From an uncultured Chthoniobacteraceae bacterium (GTDB taxonomy: Bacteria > Verrucomicrobiota > Verrucomicrobiia > Chthoniobacterales > CAKUMP01), in contig CBDUBV010000001.1 in assembly GCA_965365475.1 (NCBI GenBank), forward strand, positions 19,399 through 83,398: 64,000 nucleotides of DNA. The letters are read 5' to 3'. This document shows, one piece after another, positions 30,226 through 40,426 of this stretch. Position 1 is the stretch's first letter. Every line of letters begins with the position of its first letter. The notes under the pieces are model-generated. The model was given only the letters and a program-made list of their open reading frames with translations, was not told where the DNA came from and made no database searches. Both the position numbers and the translations under genes were made by a program.

Positions 30226-31101
30226 TTAGCGCACAGGCCGTGCCACCAGTATTCCTGCATGCCCACTGAACCGATCCAGGTATTCACTCAGCCGCGAGTC
30301 GATGATGACTTTGCCCGAATTTCGAGGAGACGATGCATGCACAAAACGCAGCGTTCCTTTGCGATCCCGGTGCGCAAGCCCCACATGCGAAGTAGCCACC
30401 CTACCCCCGCCCATGTGCGACCAGATACCGACGATATCGCCATCGCGCAAGTTGTGTTCCATGGCAGCAACTTTCGTTTTTGGAATATGATAAACTTTCA
30501 TCCGCGTGATCCGCTCTTCGTGCTTACGCAGAGGCTCAAGAAGGGCGCGATTGGCACGCAGATAGCGGTAGCCTTTCCAGCCAACAGTCATTTCCCGGGC
30601 TTCATGTCGTGCAGGAACGCCACCCAATTCGCGTGTGAGGTCTTTCACCAAACCGCGTCGATCATTATCCGCTGCCCAGTCCTCAAGATAATGCAGCCGC
30701 GAGAGGTACCCCCCGTCGCAGCGACCTCCGCGATACCGATCCAGTTCGATATAGCGCAGCATGGTCTGCGGTGTCCAAGCCTGGCGCGGTTCGTCCAGCA
30801 TACGTGCAAATGCAAGCGAGATTTCAAAGAAAGTCCAGCAGTCCAGGCCCTGCAAATTAACCGAAGGAGCTTCGATACGGTCATCAACCTCGAGGGTGTA
30901 AGATTTGTAAGGTGTTCCCACAAGTGACAAGCCGACAGTCATGGTCCGCTGGCCGATTGGCAACTTCTGCCAGCCACGTTGTTCCGCCTGTCGCACAAGC
31001 CGGGCAAAGGTATCTTGTCCTTTGAACACGGTCGAAAAAGGAAGTGCTGCCGAGCTGATCTGCATGCCCAAAAGAAAAAACCACAACCAAATGAGTCGCA
31101 T
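30226..31101 (-). CDS. secreted DUF1460 / N-acetylmuramoyl-L-alanine amidase-like domain protein
   Basis: Signal peptide MRLIWLWFFLLGMQISSA. ..GTPYKSYTLE..LDCWTFFE.. resembles DUF1460. Recalled from memory, not searched. Confidence 0.5.
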   Translation of the reverse strand: MRLIWLWFFLLGMQISSAALPFSTVFKGQDTFARLVRQAEQRGWQKLPIGQRTMTVGLSLVGTPYKSYTLEVDDRIEAPSVNLQGLDCWTFFEISLAFARMLDEPRQAWTPQTMLRYIELDRYRGGRCDGGYLSRLHYLEDWAADNDRRGLVKDLTRELGGVPARHEAREMTVGWKGYRYLRANRALLEPLRKHEERITRMKVYHIPKTKVAAMEHNLRDGDIVGIWSHMGGGRVATSHVGLAHRDRKGTLRFVHASSPRNSGKVIIDSRLSEYLDRFSGHAGILVARPVR

Positions 31102-31205
31102 GCAAGACTATGGCTCAATCACTTCCGACATGCCAGCGTGAATCACGCCTTGCCACCGGTCGGCTCGCCAAATACCGGAAATAATGTCCGAACGCAGCGT
31201 GTATG

Positions 31206-31805
31206 CTACTCGGAGACCAGTCGCATCTCGCTGATCTTGAGATACTCTTTGCTCTCAGGAGAATCTTTCGGATTGCGCACGGTGAAATCGATCACGCGAA
31301 TCTGTGTGAGGTCTGCCGGGCCAGTCCAGGGTGCAGTAAATTCCTTCAGCGGGAATGTGAACTCCTGCCATCCCGTAAAATCAAGCGGAACCGAGACCGA
31401 TAAATGGCCACCCTGCTCCGGACTATCCACACGCGGACCTCCAAGCAAAACCATCAATGTGGATTCCGTGGGTGCGCTGACGTATGCCCAAAACTTAATG
31501 GCGGTAAATGTGGTCAAGTCGATACTGCTGTCAGGACCGCCGGGTTGAAAACGCATCTCGTGACGTCCTGGCCGACCGAGAAACACCCGATAGACTGGGT
31601 GAGCTGGCTCGCGGCGCTCGGACGACTCGGTGATCTCCCCAGTCCCCTCCCCCGAGCCATCCCATGGGTCAGTAGTGACATGCGCCACACCGTCGGCACT
31701 CACATACGATGCCACGATTCGGCCCGACTCATGCAGATAGAATTCAGATGCGGAGGCAAATGTGAAGGGCAGCAGGAATAGCAGGAAAAGCTGTTGGTGT
31801 TTCAT
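31206..31805 (-). CDS. small secreted protein, possible carbohydrate-binding (CIA30/CBM11-like) module
   Basis: Signal peptide MKHQQLFLLFLLPFTFASA. Beta-rich. ATG 31805 overlaps the upstream stop (ATGA). Function is tentative. Confidence 0.45.
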   Translation of the reverse strand: MKHQQLFLLFLLPFTFASASEFYLHESGRIVASYVSADGVAHVTTDPWDGSGEGTGEITESSERREPAHPVYRVFLGRPGRHEMRFQPGGPDSSIDLTTFTAIKFWAYVSAPTESTLMVLLGGPRVDSPEQGGHLSVSVPLDFTGWQEFTFPLKEFTAPWTGPADLTQIRVIDFTVRNPKDSPESKEYLKISEMRLVSE

Positions 31806-32413
31806 AATGGTGATGCGGTAGGAGGGTTGTATTGCGGTGGGTTGTTGATCACGGGTTTGTTGAGAGAATGCCTCTGCGGCCAGTGCCAGTTGTGATGCAG
31901 GATGATCCATGACCGGAAGAACAGCCATCCCTCACCGTCGCGGATAAGTTCATGAGTGTAGCGTCCCATGCAGCAATCGAAGTGTGTGTGTTCCCGCGGT
32001 GCGCCTTCTGCCAGGAGGATGGAATGGCTCATGGCACGGTCCCCCTGGAGATCGATGACCTGGTTCACTGGGCGATGACGATAATACTCCCCTCCAGTTG
32101 CATAAGTATGCAACCACCACGCATACCAGTCGCGGATCTGAACTCTCCCTGTAAATCCGCGACTGCCCAGGTACAGGCAAAAAAGCTGTGAATCGGGGTG
32201 AAACAGTTCGGCAATCTCGTCGGCAGTCCCGTGTTCATGAAGCTGGCCATAGGTCATCTGGACTTGTTGTATGGCCACCAAATCGGTGACTTGGGCTGCG
32301 GTGGGCACGGGTTCGCCGGCCTCCCACCTTGGCCCAGGCACAGGCGGGATCGGTATCTCGTAGCCGGCAGCCACGGGTCCCCACGGCAAAGATCGTATCG
32401 AAGTCTGAGCCAT
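31802..32413 (-). CDS. NTF2/SnoaL-like fold protein
   Basis: A Pro-rich N-terminal 40 aa, then ..DLVAIQQVQMTYGQLHEHGTADEIAELF.. typical of the SnoaL-like/NTF2 family. Start at ATG 32413. Confidence 0.55.
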   Translation of the reverse strand: MAQTSIRSLPWGPVAAGYEIPIPPVPGPRWEAGEPVPTAAQVTDLVAIQQVQMTYGQLHEHGTADEIAELFHPDSQLFCLYLGSRGFTGRVQIRDWYAWWLHTYATGGEYYRHRPVNQVIDLQGDRAMSHSILLAEGAPREHTHFDCCMGRYTHELIRDGEGWLFFRSWIILHHNWHWPQRHSLNKPVINNPPQYNPPTASPL

Positions 32414-32418
32414 AAACG

Positions 32419-32979
32419 TCAGGCCTCTGGCTGGCCCTCCCAAGCTTGTTTGCCGTTGCGAGACAGCGCGTACCCGGACGGCGCGTAGGTGTAATCAAGG
32501 GTGATGCGTCGCGATGCAAAAAACCACTGCCCATCCAGCAAGACTAATTCGTCTTCGTAAGCACCTATGTAAAATGCTAGATTGTTGTCCTTGAGTTGAA
32601 TGCCTGATGCGTCCAGGTAGGAAAACGCCCACGCGCACTCGTTCTGAACCTCGATGCGTGATGTGGTGATAACGTGCCGGCGGATCCTGCTGCTGCTGCG
32701 TGTACTGGCCAGATAGGACGCATACCAGGCTTCGATGGCCGGACGTCCCTCATGGAATTTTTCACTTTCGTATGCAGCGCAGAGTATTCCGTTTTCGGAA
32801 AACATATTCGCGATGACACTCGCGGGCGCTGAATCGTGATCAAGCGCGTGGCAGTAACGGTGTAGTAACTGCTGTATCGCGATCACATGGGCGGCATTGG
32901 CGACGGTCACGCTACCGGGTTGAAAAGGCGGGCGCCGCAATGGAGTTGGCCCCCCGGCGATGGTGGAGGAAGTATTCAT
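32419..32979 (-). CDS. NTF2/SnoaL-like fold protein
   Basis: ..HVIAIQQLLHRYCHALDHDSAPASVIANMFSENG.. fits the SnoaL_4 / ring-hydroxylating beta-subunit-like pattern. Confidence 0.6.
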   Translation of the reverse strand: MNTSSTIAGGPTPLRRPPFQPGSVTVANAAHVIAIQQLLHRYCHALDHDSAPASVIANMFSENGILCAAYESEKFHEGRPAIEAWYASYLASTRSSSRIRRHVITTSRIEVQNECAWAFSYLDASGIQLKDNNLAFYIGAYEDELVLLDGQWFFASRRITLDYTYAPSGYALSRNGKQAWEGQPEA

Positions 32980-32980
32980 A

Positions 32981-34039
32981 TTAGTGTTTCCACGATTGCA
33001 CGGTCTCGATCAAGGCGATGACGTTTTCCACAGGTGTCCCGGCCTGGATATTATGGCAGGAAGACGGAATGTAGCCGCCACCCATGCCCAATGTTTCCAG
33101 ACAACGCACGACTTCCTCTCTTACGTCGTCCACAGAGCCATGTGGAAGCACATGTTGATTCTCCACGCCTCCGTGAAAAATAAACTGATCGCCAAAATCG
33201 CGGTTCAATGCTGCGCGCTCCATCCCGGGGCAGATGTGCTGGATGGGATTGAGAATATCCACGCCACACTCGGCAAGATGTGGCAGAAAATCCCGCACTG
33301 CGCCATCGGTATGGTAGAGCACCTTTTTTCCGTAAGCGTGAATGCGATCACACCACGCGGCCAGGCGGGGTTTGAAGTGCTCGATCCATGAACTGGTCGA
33401 AAGTAGCTGGCTCTCCTGGGTTCCGAGATCATCTGAGATAAAAACCATGTCTATAAGGTCGCCCAACTCGGATAGACAACGCTCCAGCATCCGGGTCTGA
33501 ATCGCGTCGATGCGATCCAGGGCTGCATGGAGAAATTCCGGTTCAGCCAGCACATCGACAAGGGCATTTTCCATACCCCGAAGATGACAGTAGGTCTCGT
33601 AGTGGCTGATCCAAGGCCCGATGGTGGCGAACTCAAATTCGCGAGCCCTCCGGGCCAGAGCTTTGGATGCGTCGAAGCTGAATCGATCAGGATCGGGCCA
33701 CAGCGGGTAAGCTTCCAGCTCCTCGGGAGATTCATAGGATGCAAAGGGGCCTTCGCCATACTCCTGGTAGGTGGCCAGACCGGAACGGACTTTGGTCGTG
33801 GGCACGCCCCAGGGATCGCGTCCTTGACTATCGTTGGGATCGAATTGATCCGTGCCGTAGCCCGGAAAAATCCAGGCGATTTTATCGACCCCAAGCTTGC
33901 GATACAGCTCATATTCATCCACTACGCCCACATGGCTGCGAAGCGCCTGGAGCACTTCCGGCGTGAGCCACACATCGACCGGCACACGGTCAGCAGGTTG
34001 GCGTGAGAGGGTGGCGAGGATGCGCTGGTGCGAATTCAA
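32981..34039 (-). CDS. uroporphyrinogen decarboxylase (URO-D/MtaA-like) family protein
   Basis: N-terminus (M)NSHQRILATLSRQPADRVPVDVW. C-terminus ..HTDG..DILNPIQ..FHGGV.. The TTG start overlaps the stop of the 2070-aa gene. Confidence 0.8.
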   Translation of the reverse strand: MNSHQRILATLSRQPADRVPVDVWLTPEVLQALRSHVGVVDEYELYRKLGVDKIAWIFPGYGTDQFDPNDSQGRDPWGVPTTKVRSGLATYQEYGEGPFASYESPEELEAYPLWPDPDRFSFDASKALARRAREFEFATIGPWISHYETYCHLRGMENALVDVLAEPEFLHAALDRIDAIQTRMLERCLSELGDLIDMVFISDDLGTQESQLLSTSSWIEHFKPRLAAWCDRIHAYGKKVLYHTDGAVRDFLPHLAECGVDILNPIQHICPGMERAALNRDFGDQFIFHGGVENQHVLPHGSVDDVREEVVRCLETLGMGGGYIPSSCHNIQAGTPVENVIALIETVQSWKH

Positions 34040-37000
34040 GGCGTGGTGGTTATTCTGAGACGGATAAACCGTCTGGGCTGTGAGTTAATGGGAATAGTAT
34101 CCCGAAGAGTTATCGTGCGCAGGCCGTTGGCTGCAACACTCGATTGCACGACGACATCGTTGCTGCTCCACGACTCGGCATCCGCACTGGACGAGAGCTG
34201 CCCTGCGTAGCCAATGCCTTCCGGAGCAGGATCGGGCCGGGAGTAAGTGATTGCGAGATAGTCTTCTCCATTCTGGTGAACAAGAGTTTGAGAAAGGCGT
34301 CCGTTATAGCCGCTGACATTTGGATTGAGGCCCAAGGCATATTTAATCAGGTTCGGGATACCATCGCTCGCAGGCATGGCGGTGGGGGCTCCAAGCCCTG
34401 TGCCATTCGTGGGCAGACCATGGGAGTGAGCCCAGGATTGGTAGCCGCCAAGCAGCGTGGCATTCGCGCTGGCCATGGAGAAAAGCGGTTCGGGCATAGC
34501 CACGGTGAAATTGTCCCAAGTCACACCGGCACTCAAGAAGTTATCATCTCCCATCCATCCAAACGCGGTGATGTCGCCAGCGGGCGGGGTGGCGACACTT
34601 CCCAAAGCCAGCGAACTGCCCGGCGTGAAGCTGACGCTGCGCCAGAGCGGGCTGCTTGCAAGATCAAGCACGAAGCGGGTGAAGCCGCTCGAAGCTGTGC
34701 CTGCGGGCGGGGTGTAAGTGGTGTCGGTAGCAAACCATTGGCTACCCACGCGGATCGCAAACCGTATGGGTGCGGTGGACGAGTCCACGTCTCGATAATC
34801 TATTCCGAACATAAGGCTTTCACGTGGAAAACTGGCAGCAGGCAGAGGAAAATCATCGCGAAATATTAAAAACCGAAAATTGCCCATGGCATTGGCGTTC
34901 AGCGTCTGATTTTGCGTTTCAGCGACAACATTGACTCTCGGAGAGCCATCATTCCAACTCCACATGGGCCCAGAAGTCTGGCCTGAGGAACGCTGAAGAT
35001 TTGTGCGGAGTTCAGCGATATTTCTTCGATAGCACTGCCAAACAATGGGGTTACTCTGCGAGGTGAGGATCGCATCGCGAAACAGGATGCGGGCGGTGTT
35101 CAAGGCGTTGGCAGCATAGACTGGCGAGACGCGGTAATGCCATGTATCTCCAACCGCAGCATTGGAGTGGGTGAAGGTGGTGCTGTTGGCGGGAAGCAGT
35201 GCGAGTGTCATCCAATGTGCCTCCGTGCTGCGTCGGCCTTCCACACGGTAGGAATTTTCGCCGATGGTATTATCATTCCAGCCGAGCTGGATATCGCTGC
35301 CGGAGACGGCCGCCGTGAACTGGGTGGGACGATCCGGCTGAAGCAACGAGGTGTTGGAAAATCCTGCCGTTCTCAGTGAAGGGATCGTGACTGCTGCTGT
35401 GGAGATGGGCCGTCCAAATGTGACATCGCTTGCGTGTAAGAGCGACCATGCTGCACTCGCCGGAAGGTTCGACAGGGTTTGTGTGAGCACGGTCGTCCAT
35501 GCATTCCCATCGGGCGAGGTTTGTGCGGTAAATGTATTTCCAACCCTGCTCACACGCAACCAATAGGGCGCGACCGGATTGCCGGTGGCTTGTGGAGTGA
35601 TTGTGTTGGAGTTGTTGGTGCCTGAGCTATTGGTGCGAACGATAGCTTCCGCTCTTGCGCCGTTGCCATTACTGCCGGTTGCGGTCCGGAGGAATATGCC
35701 GAAGTGCACCGCATTATTCTGCAATCCGCTGCGCACATCGATGCCTGCCCACGCCGCCGAGCCGCTGACGGGTGGAACAAGCGGTGAGTTCTCCACCACC
35801 CGAGTGGTCATCACGGCGTCGCCCACCACTTCACGGTAAAAGACGCGACCGTGATCACTGCCGGTGCCCAACGATAGGGTGTTTATCGATGAGCCGAAAG
35901 TGCCAGCATCTTCGTTGGCAGAGCCTTCATATTGCACCGTGCCGATCTCGCCGAAGTCTTCGAAATAACCAAGAACAGGCTTGGCAGCATTTTTCATGAC
36001 AATGTTCATGGCTGGGAAGGCACCGACGATTGCGCTTCCGGTAGGGTTGGAAATGGACAGATGGAAACTGCGAGGCAGGAACGGCTCCCCATTTCTATGC
36101 AATAATGGGATGGTGATGTTTTTAACCGCGTTGTCGTTTTCCATCCATGTGAGAGTGCCAACTTGGGAAGAATAATCGCTTCCTTCCAACGCACTGAAAT
36201 TTTGAGTTGCGTAATCAATGCTCACCGTGCCCAGGCTTCCGAAAGGACGCGCGACGGGCACAGATACAGATCCATCATTGATGTCGGCATAGGTGAGATG
36301 ACCTAGCAGGGTGAGTGTGCTGGGAAGTGCAAATGCGAACGCTGTCTCGGACCATGTGGATGCCACAGTGCCAACGGCTCTGACACGATACTCCAGTGAG
36401 GAGCCGATGGCTATCGGGCCCGCATCTTCATAGCTTGTGGCATTTGCAGGAGCCATGCCGACGGTGTTCCATGAGTTGCCGGGCAAGCGCCTTTGGATCT
36501 CAAACCCGGTCTCAGTGGTGGAGTTATCGCTCCAACTGATCAGGATTTTATTACTTGAAAGAGCGGTGGCTGAGACTTGCCCTGGATTGGCAAGTGCTCC
36601 GGCTGTGTGCGTGGTAGTGACCATGGTACCACTGCCCGGGTTATAGTATTGCCCACTGCCGGTGGTTTGCAGCCGGATGGGGCGCACCATGTAAGTGAAA
36701 GAATTCCCAGGCGCCGAAGTTCCATCCACAAAGGTTGTGCTGGTGAGAGGTGAACCGCTTGGGTTGACCACTGTGGGCTGGGTTCCACTGATTCGCACGA
36801 ATGGTCCGGCACTATTTGTTGCTCGATACACATGGTAGCCAATAACCCCGTTGGCTGCGGATGCATCCCAGTCCAGTTGCATACCCGATGGTGTAGGCGT
36901 AGCTCGCAGGTTGCTTGCAGGCTCGTAGTAAAATAAACGCAACGTGGGATCGCCATGGAAATTTGCGTATAACCCGACCGGACTCGTGCTACCGCCCGGT

Positions 37001-40000
37001 TGCTCGAAAGCTCCCATTGCCTGACCACGATAGCCAGCGTTCATCTGCGCCAACCAGCCGTAGCCAACTGTCTCACCCGCTCCCATAGTTGCTATCTGCA
37101 GCCCTTCATCACTCATCCAGACACTGGTCAGCGACAGGCTATCCTCTGTGGATGCCAGCAGCGCGCGCATGGCATTGTTTGGGTATTCAAAGTCAAAAAA
37201 GTAACTTCCATACGCACTCGCAAACACGCTGTTGTTGGGTATGCGCCCGAAGTCGTTCGCGTTTCCGACGTTGCCAATCACAGTGGGTCCGCCTGCTCCA
37301 CCGAAGTCTCCAAAGGTAAAGCTGCCACTGGCATTCTGCGCCGCCCATGAACCGGAAGGCCATTCTTCAATGGCACCGTTGCCGAAGGAAGCGACTGCGC
37401 CCCGCAATATATTGGTCCCGATCCCATTAAACCCCCATGTATTGTTCAGCAATGCACGATCTCGAAGCTGCGCATATCGCCCGCTTTTGTAGCGATATTC
37501 GTGTGCCTTGCGAAGGTAGCGACGGATCAGCTCCGTCTCCGTCATTTGCGGACTCGGGAACACAGTCATGTTGGAAAAATCAATGCGTCCCACCTGGAGT
37601 TGCATAGGGAACGGGGGCGCCGACTGCTGACCCACCGTTGCCAAGAGCAGAACACCATTGACACGACTGGCAGTGTCCAATTTCCCATCGCCTGGAAGAT
37701 TTAGATGTCGCGTATCCACCGTGAGATCGCTGGTGTTTATGCGGGTATCGGTCAAATCATCTGTCCATTCGCCGAGCACGTCTGCATAGAACATATCTGC
37801 GGGCATGGCACCGGTGTGATTCGAGTGCCCGTCAAAATTTGCGTTGCCTGCATACGGCACCGGGATGCTGCCTATGAGCATGGCAGCTTTCGTGCGGGCA
37901 GGATCGGCAAGCCAGGCAGCTCGTAGGATGCTGCGCACGCCATCGATCTCTGCACGCCGCGAGGACCAGCTAGCGGCAGCGGTATCCGCCGCAGGGACCA
38001 CGCGTCGGGGCACATCGTGACGAACTACCTCCCACCCATCTGCTGCCAGGTCGCGTTGATATTGCGCCAACTCGGCAGCCAACGCGGGTACCAAAGTCTG
38101 ATCAACTATCAGAATGACTCGGCCGCGATCTTCCTGCAACGGAGGCTTTACCGGGACCATCACGTATCCCATAGCCTCAGAATATTTCCACGAATTGGAG
38201 TCGTAAATATAGTAGCGCCCGACCTGATATTCATAAGTGACCCCCGCTTGAGCGGTGGAATCGCTGTAGGTCGTGGCGTTGGAAGGTAGCTGCACAATCT
38301 CGCCCCAATTTTTCTCACCTTTTATGCGCCGACGCACCTGGTGCCCACGGCGTGTTGAGAAAGTGGAGACCGACGGCGCGTTGCCATGCACCCCGCTAGC
38401 GTAAGCCACCCCATCCAACACAAGAACTCCCCGATTCTGTGCGAGCCCCGTGTAGTGGCTCGTCCACGTCTGCCCGTCGTCGATGCTGCGCTGCAGGTTG
38501 TAAGTAGCTTCCACCGCGTAGAATATCCCGTCATCCATCGTAAGTCCGACCAAAGAGCTGGTCAAAGAAGCTGGCGTCGCAGCCGTCCATGTGATTGCAT
38601 CGGTGCTCGTTCGGATTGTGGCATTCTTCCCGACTACAACATACACGTTTCCGTTCCACGCCACGCCATGCAAATCGTTTGTGGTGCCTGAGGTCTGTGC
38701 GGTCCAGCTCACGGCATCGGGACTGGTTAATATTTTTCCTCCTGCTCCGCATGCAATATACAAATTGGCACTTTTGGTAATCGCATACAGGTGCTCGGCC
38801 ACACCGCTGGTGCGCGGTATCCAGGTGACGCCGTCCACGCTGGTTTGGATTGCTCCTGCATCTCCTACCGCCACAAGCATACTTGAGTCATACAGCACAG
38901 CTCGCGGGGCAAACCCCGGCACCGGCGTATTTGCAATCCAGTCAATGCCGTCCGAACTCCTTACGACGCTGCCCCCTTCGCCCACAGCCACAAACTGGCT
39001 TCCTGTCCAGACCACACTGAGAAGACCTGCCATGGTATTGCTGACGCGCGGCGTCCAGAATAGCATATCCTCGGAGGAAAGAATCATGCCCCCGGCTCCA
39101 ACAGCCACGGTGCGCGAGCCGTTGCTGGCCATGGCTGCAAGTTGCGATGGCACGAGGCTTGCCAGCGAAGTCCAGCCTGCTGTGCCCGAGGGCGAAGCGG
39201 CCACCCCACCACCGTCGCCCATCACCAACCAATTGCTTCCAGACCACGCGGCAGTGCGCATGCTGGCAAAGAAATTAATTGGGCGCAGAGTCCATGTCAC
39301 TCCATCAGGGCTGGTCTCCACATAGCTGGAATAATCTCCTCCAGCGACAAACAACGAGCCGTTCCAGGCCACGAAATGGTTTGAACGAAACGATGCACCC
39401 GTGCGTTTTGTCCATGTAATTCCATTGGAACTCGTCGCTACGGAAGCAAGCGTCTGAGTTCCGTTTTTTTCTGCTGCCCCGACTGACACGAACTGCGTTC
39501 CGTTCCACACCACATCGCGCAAAGCCGCCACGACGCCCGTGCTCCTTGCGGTCCAGCTCACGCCATCCGGGCTGGTGCGCACGATTCCGTTATCCCCCAC
39601 AGCGACGAACATATTTGATCCGAATGCAAGACCGTGCCAATGCGTGTCCGTTCCGGTGGAAACAGGCGTCCACGTCACACCTCCATCCGTGCTGCGAACC
39701 GCACTGCCCTGAGCACCCACGGCCACCCAGATATTGGCACCATTGTGAGCGACGCGTTCCAACCTTTGTGCAGTGCCTGAGACACGCAAGGTCCAACTGA
39801 TGCCATCCAGGCTTGTAAGTATGCTTCCGTTCTCGCCTACGACCACCAACAGACCACTGGTCGCGTCGCGTGCGATGCTCTGCAAATGTTCTGTCGTTCC
39901 AGAATTTTGTTTCGTCCAAACCACTCCATCGACACTTGTTCCAATGTTACCTTGCGTCCCAACAGCGATGTATCTCGCCCCGTCCCAAATGACGCTGTAG

Positions 40001-40248
40001 ATGGTCGAGGCCACGGGCAAATATGTGCGCGCTGTTGTGGCATCGACCCGGGTGGGATCGTCCGCTGCAGAAATACGAGAAAGCGCATTGTTGGGTATGG
40101 TCCAGTTGAGTGTAACTCGCGGCACCGTGTCGGAGACCGTGGCCGAGACATCCACCACCTCATGGTAAGGTATATCGGCCCGGGCAGTCAGGGCTGCCAC
40201 GGCAAAAAGAAGAGACACCAGCCAGTGGGGGGACGGGGATAAAGTCAT
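34036..40248 (-). CDS. 2070-aa secreted multidomain protein: ~14 BNR/Ycf48-like propeller blades, Cys-less C25-like alpha/beta domain, FN3 x3-4, Calx-beta, ConA/LamG-like, C-terminal LIKYALGLNP-type domain
   Basis: Signal peptide ..AALTARA|D. ~40-aa repeats with [ST]S.DG..W[Tx] between aa ~81-625. FN3 strings (ILISWSDNSTTETGFEIQRR..). Calx-beta (GTVSIDYATQNFSALEGSDY..GTLTW..ITIPLL). Confidence 0.9.
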   Translation of the reverse strand: MTLSPSPHWLVSLLFAVAALTARADIPYHEVVDVSATVSDTVPRVTLNWTIPNNALSRISAADDPTRVDATTARTYLPVASTIYSVIWDGARYIAVGTQGNIGTSVDGVVWTKQNSGTTEHLQSIARDATSGLLVVVGENGSILTSLDGISWTLRVSGTAQRLERVAHNGANIWVAVGAQGSAVRSTDGGVTWTPVSTGTDTHWHGLAFGSNMFVAVGDNGIVRTSPDGVSWTARSTGVVAALRDVVWNGTQFVSVGAAEKNGTQTLASVATSSNGITWTKRTGASFRSNHFVAWNGSLFVAGGDYSSYVETSPDGVTWTLRPINFFASMRTAAWSGSNWLVMGDGGGVAASPSGTAGWTSLASLVPSQLAAMASNGSRTVAVGAGGMILSSEDMLFWTPRVSNTMAGLLSVVWTGSQFVAVGEGGSVVRSSDGIDWIANTPVPGFAPRAVLYDSSMLVAVGDAGAIQTSVDGVTWIPRTSGVAEHLYAITKSANLYIACGAGGKILTSPDAVSWTAQTSGTTNDLHGVAWNGNVYVVVGKNATIRTSTDAITWTAATPASLTSSLVGLTMDDGIFYAVEATYNLQRSIDDGQTWTSHYTGLAQNRGVLVLDGVAYASGVHGNAPSVSTFSTRRGHQVRRRIKGEKNWGEIVQLPSNATTYSDSTAQAGVTYEYQVGRYYIYDSNSWKYSEAMGYVMVPVKPPLQEDRGRVILIVDQTLVPALAAELAQYQRDLAADGWEVVRHDVPRRVVPAADTAAASWSSRRAEIDGVRSILRAAWLADPARTKAAMLIGSIPVPYAGNANFDGHSNHTGAMPADMFYADVLGEWTDDLTDTRINTSDLTVDTRHLNLPGDGKLDTASRVNGVLLLATVGQQSAPPFPMQLQVGRIDFSNMTVFPSPQMTETELIRRYLRKAHEYRYKSGRYAQLRDRALLNNTWGFNGIGTNILRGAVASFGNGAIEEWPSGSWAAQNASGSFTFGDFGGAGGPTVIGNVGNANDFGRIPNNSVFASAYGSYFFDFEYPNNAMRALLASTEDSLSLTSVWMSDEGLQIATMGAGETVGYGWLAQMNAGYRGQAMGAFEQPGGSTSPVGLYANFHGDPTLRLFYYEPASNLRATPTPSGMQLDWDASAANGVIGYHVYRATNSAGPFVRISGTQPTVVNPSGSPLTSTTFVDGTSAPGNSFTYMVRPIRLQTTGSGQYYNPGSGTMVTTTHTAGALANPGQVSATALSSNKILISWSDNSTTETGFEIQRRLPGNSWNTVGMAPANATSYEDAGPIAIGSSLEYRVRAVGTVASTWSETAFAFALPSTLTLLGHLTYADINDGSVSVPVARPFGSLGTVSIDYATQNFSALEGSDYSSQVGTLTWMENDNAVKNITIPLLHRNGEPFLPRSFHLSISNPTGSAIVGAFPAMNIVMKNAAKPVLGYFEDFGEIGTVQYEGSANEDAGTFGSSINTLSLGTGSDHGRVFYREVVGDAVMTTRVVENSPLVPPVSGSAAWAGIDVRSGLQNNAVHFGIFLRTATGSNGNGARAEAIVRTNSSGTNNSNTITPQATGNPVAPYWLRVSRVGNTFTAQTSPDGNAWTTVLTQTLSNLPASAAWSLLHASDVTFGRPISTAAVTIPSLRTAGFSNTSLLQPDRPTQFTAAVSGSDIQLGWNDNTIGENSYRVEGRRSTEAHWMTLALLPANSTTFTHSNAAVGDTWHYRVSPVYAANALNTARILFRDAILTSQSNPIVWQCYRRNIAELRTNLQRSSGQTSGPMWSWNDGSPRVNVVAETQNQTLNANAMGNFRFLIFRDDFPLPAASFPRESLMFGIDYRDVDSSTAPIRFAIRVGSQWFATDTTYTPPAGTASSGFTRFVLDLASSPLWRSVSFTPGSSLALGSVATPPAGDITAFGWMGDDNFLSAGVTWDNFTVAMPEPLFSMASANATLLGGYQSWAHSHGLPTNGTGLGAPTAMPASDGIPNLIKYALGLNPNVSGYNGRLSQTLVHQNGEDYLAITYSRPDPAPEGIGYAGQLSSSADAESWSSNDVVVQSSVAANGLRTITLRDTIPINSQPRRFIRLRITTTP

Positions 40249-40426
40249 GGTAATATTCGATAACTATGTCGTTGCGCAGTCGAGCGGGCCGCACCGCATT
40301 TGATTAGAGCGGAGGGCATGCTGCGCTGGATAGGCCGGGTGTGCAAGCGACGCGCAGTGGGTTCTGTCCCACGCGAGCATCCTATAGCCTTGGCATTTTT
40401 CTCCAACAGCTCGGCATGGACCTCCC

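Noticed and set aside
36934-38136. Active gingipain/C25 cysteine peptidase domain in the giant protein
   Set aside because: The domain contains no cysteine at all, so a C25-type catalytic dyad is impossible. Only a fold-level resemblance is retained, as a hypothesis.
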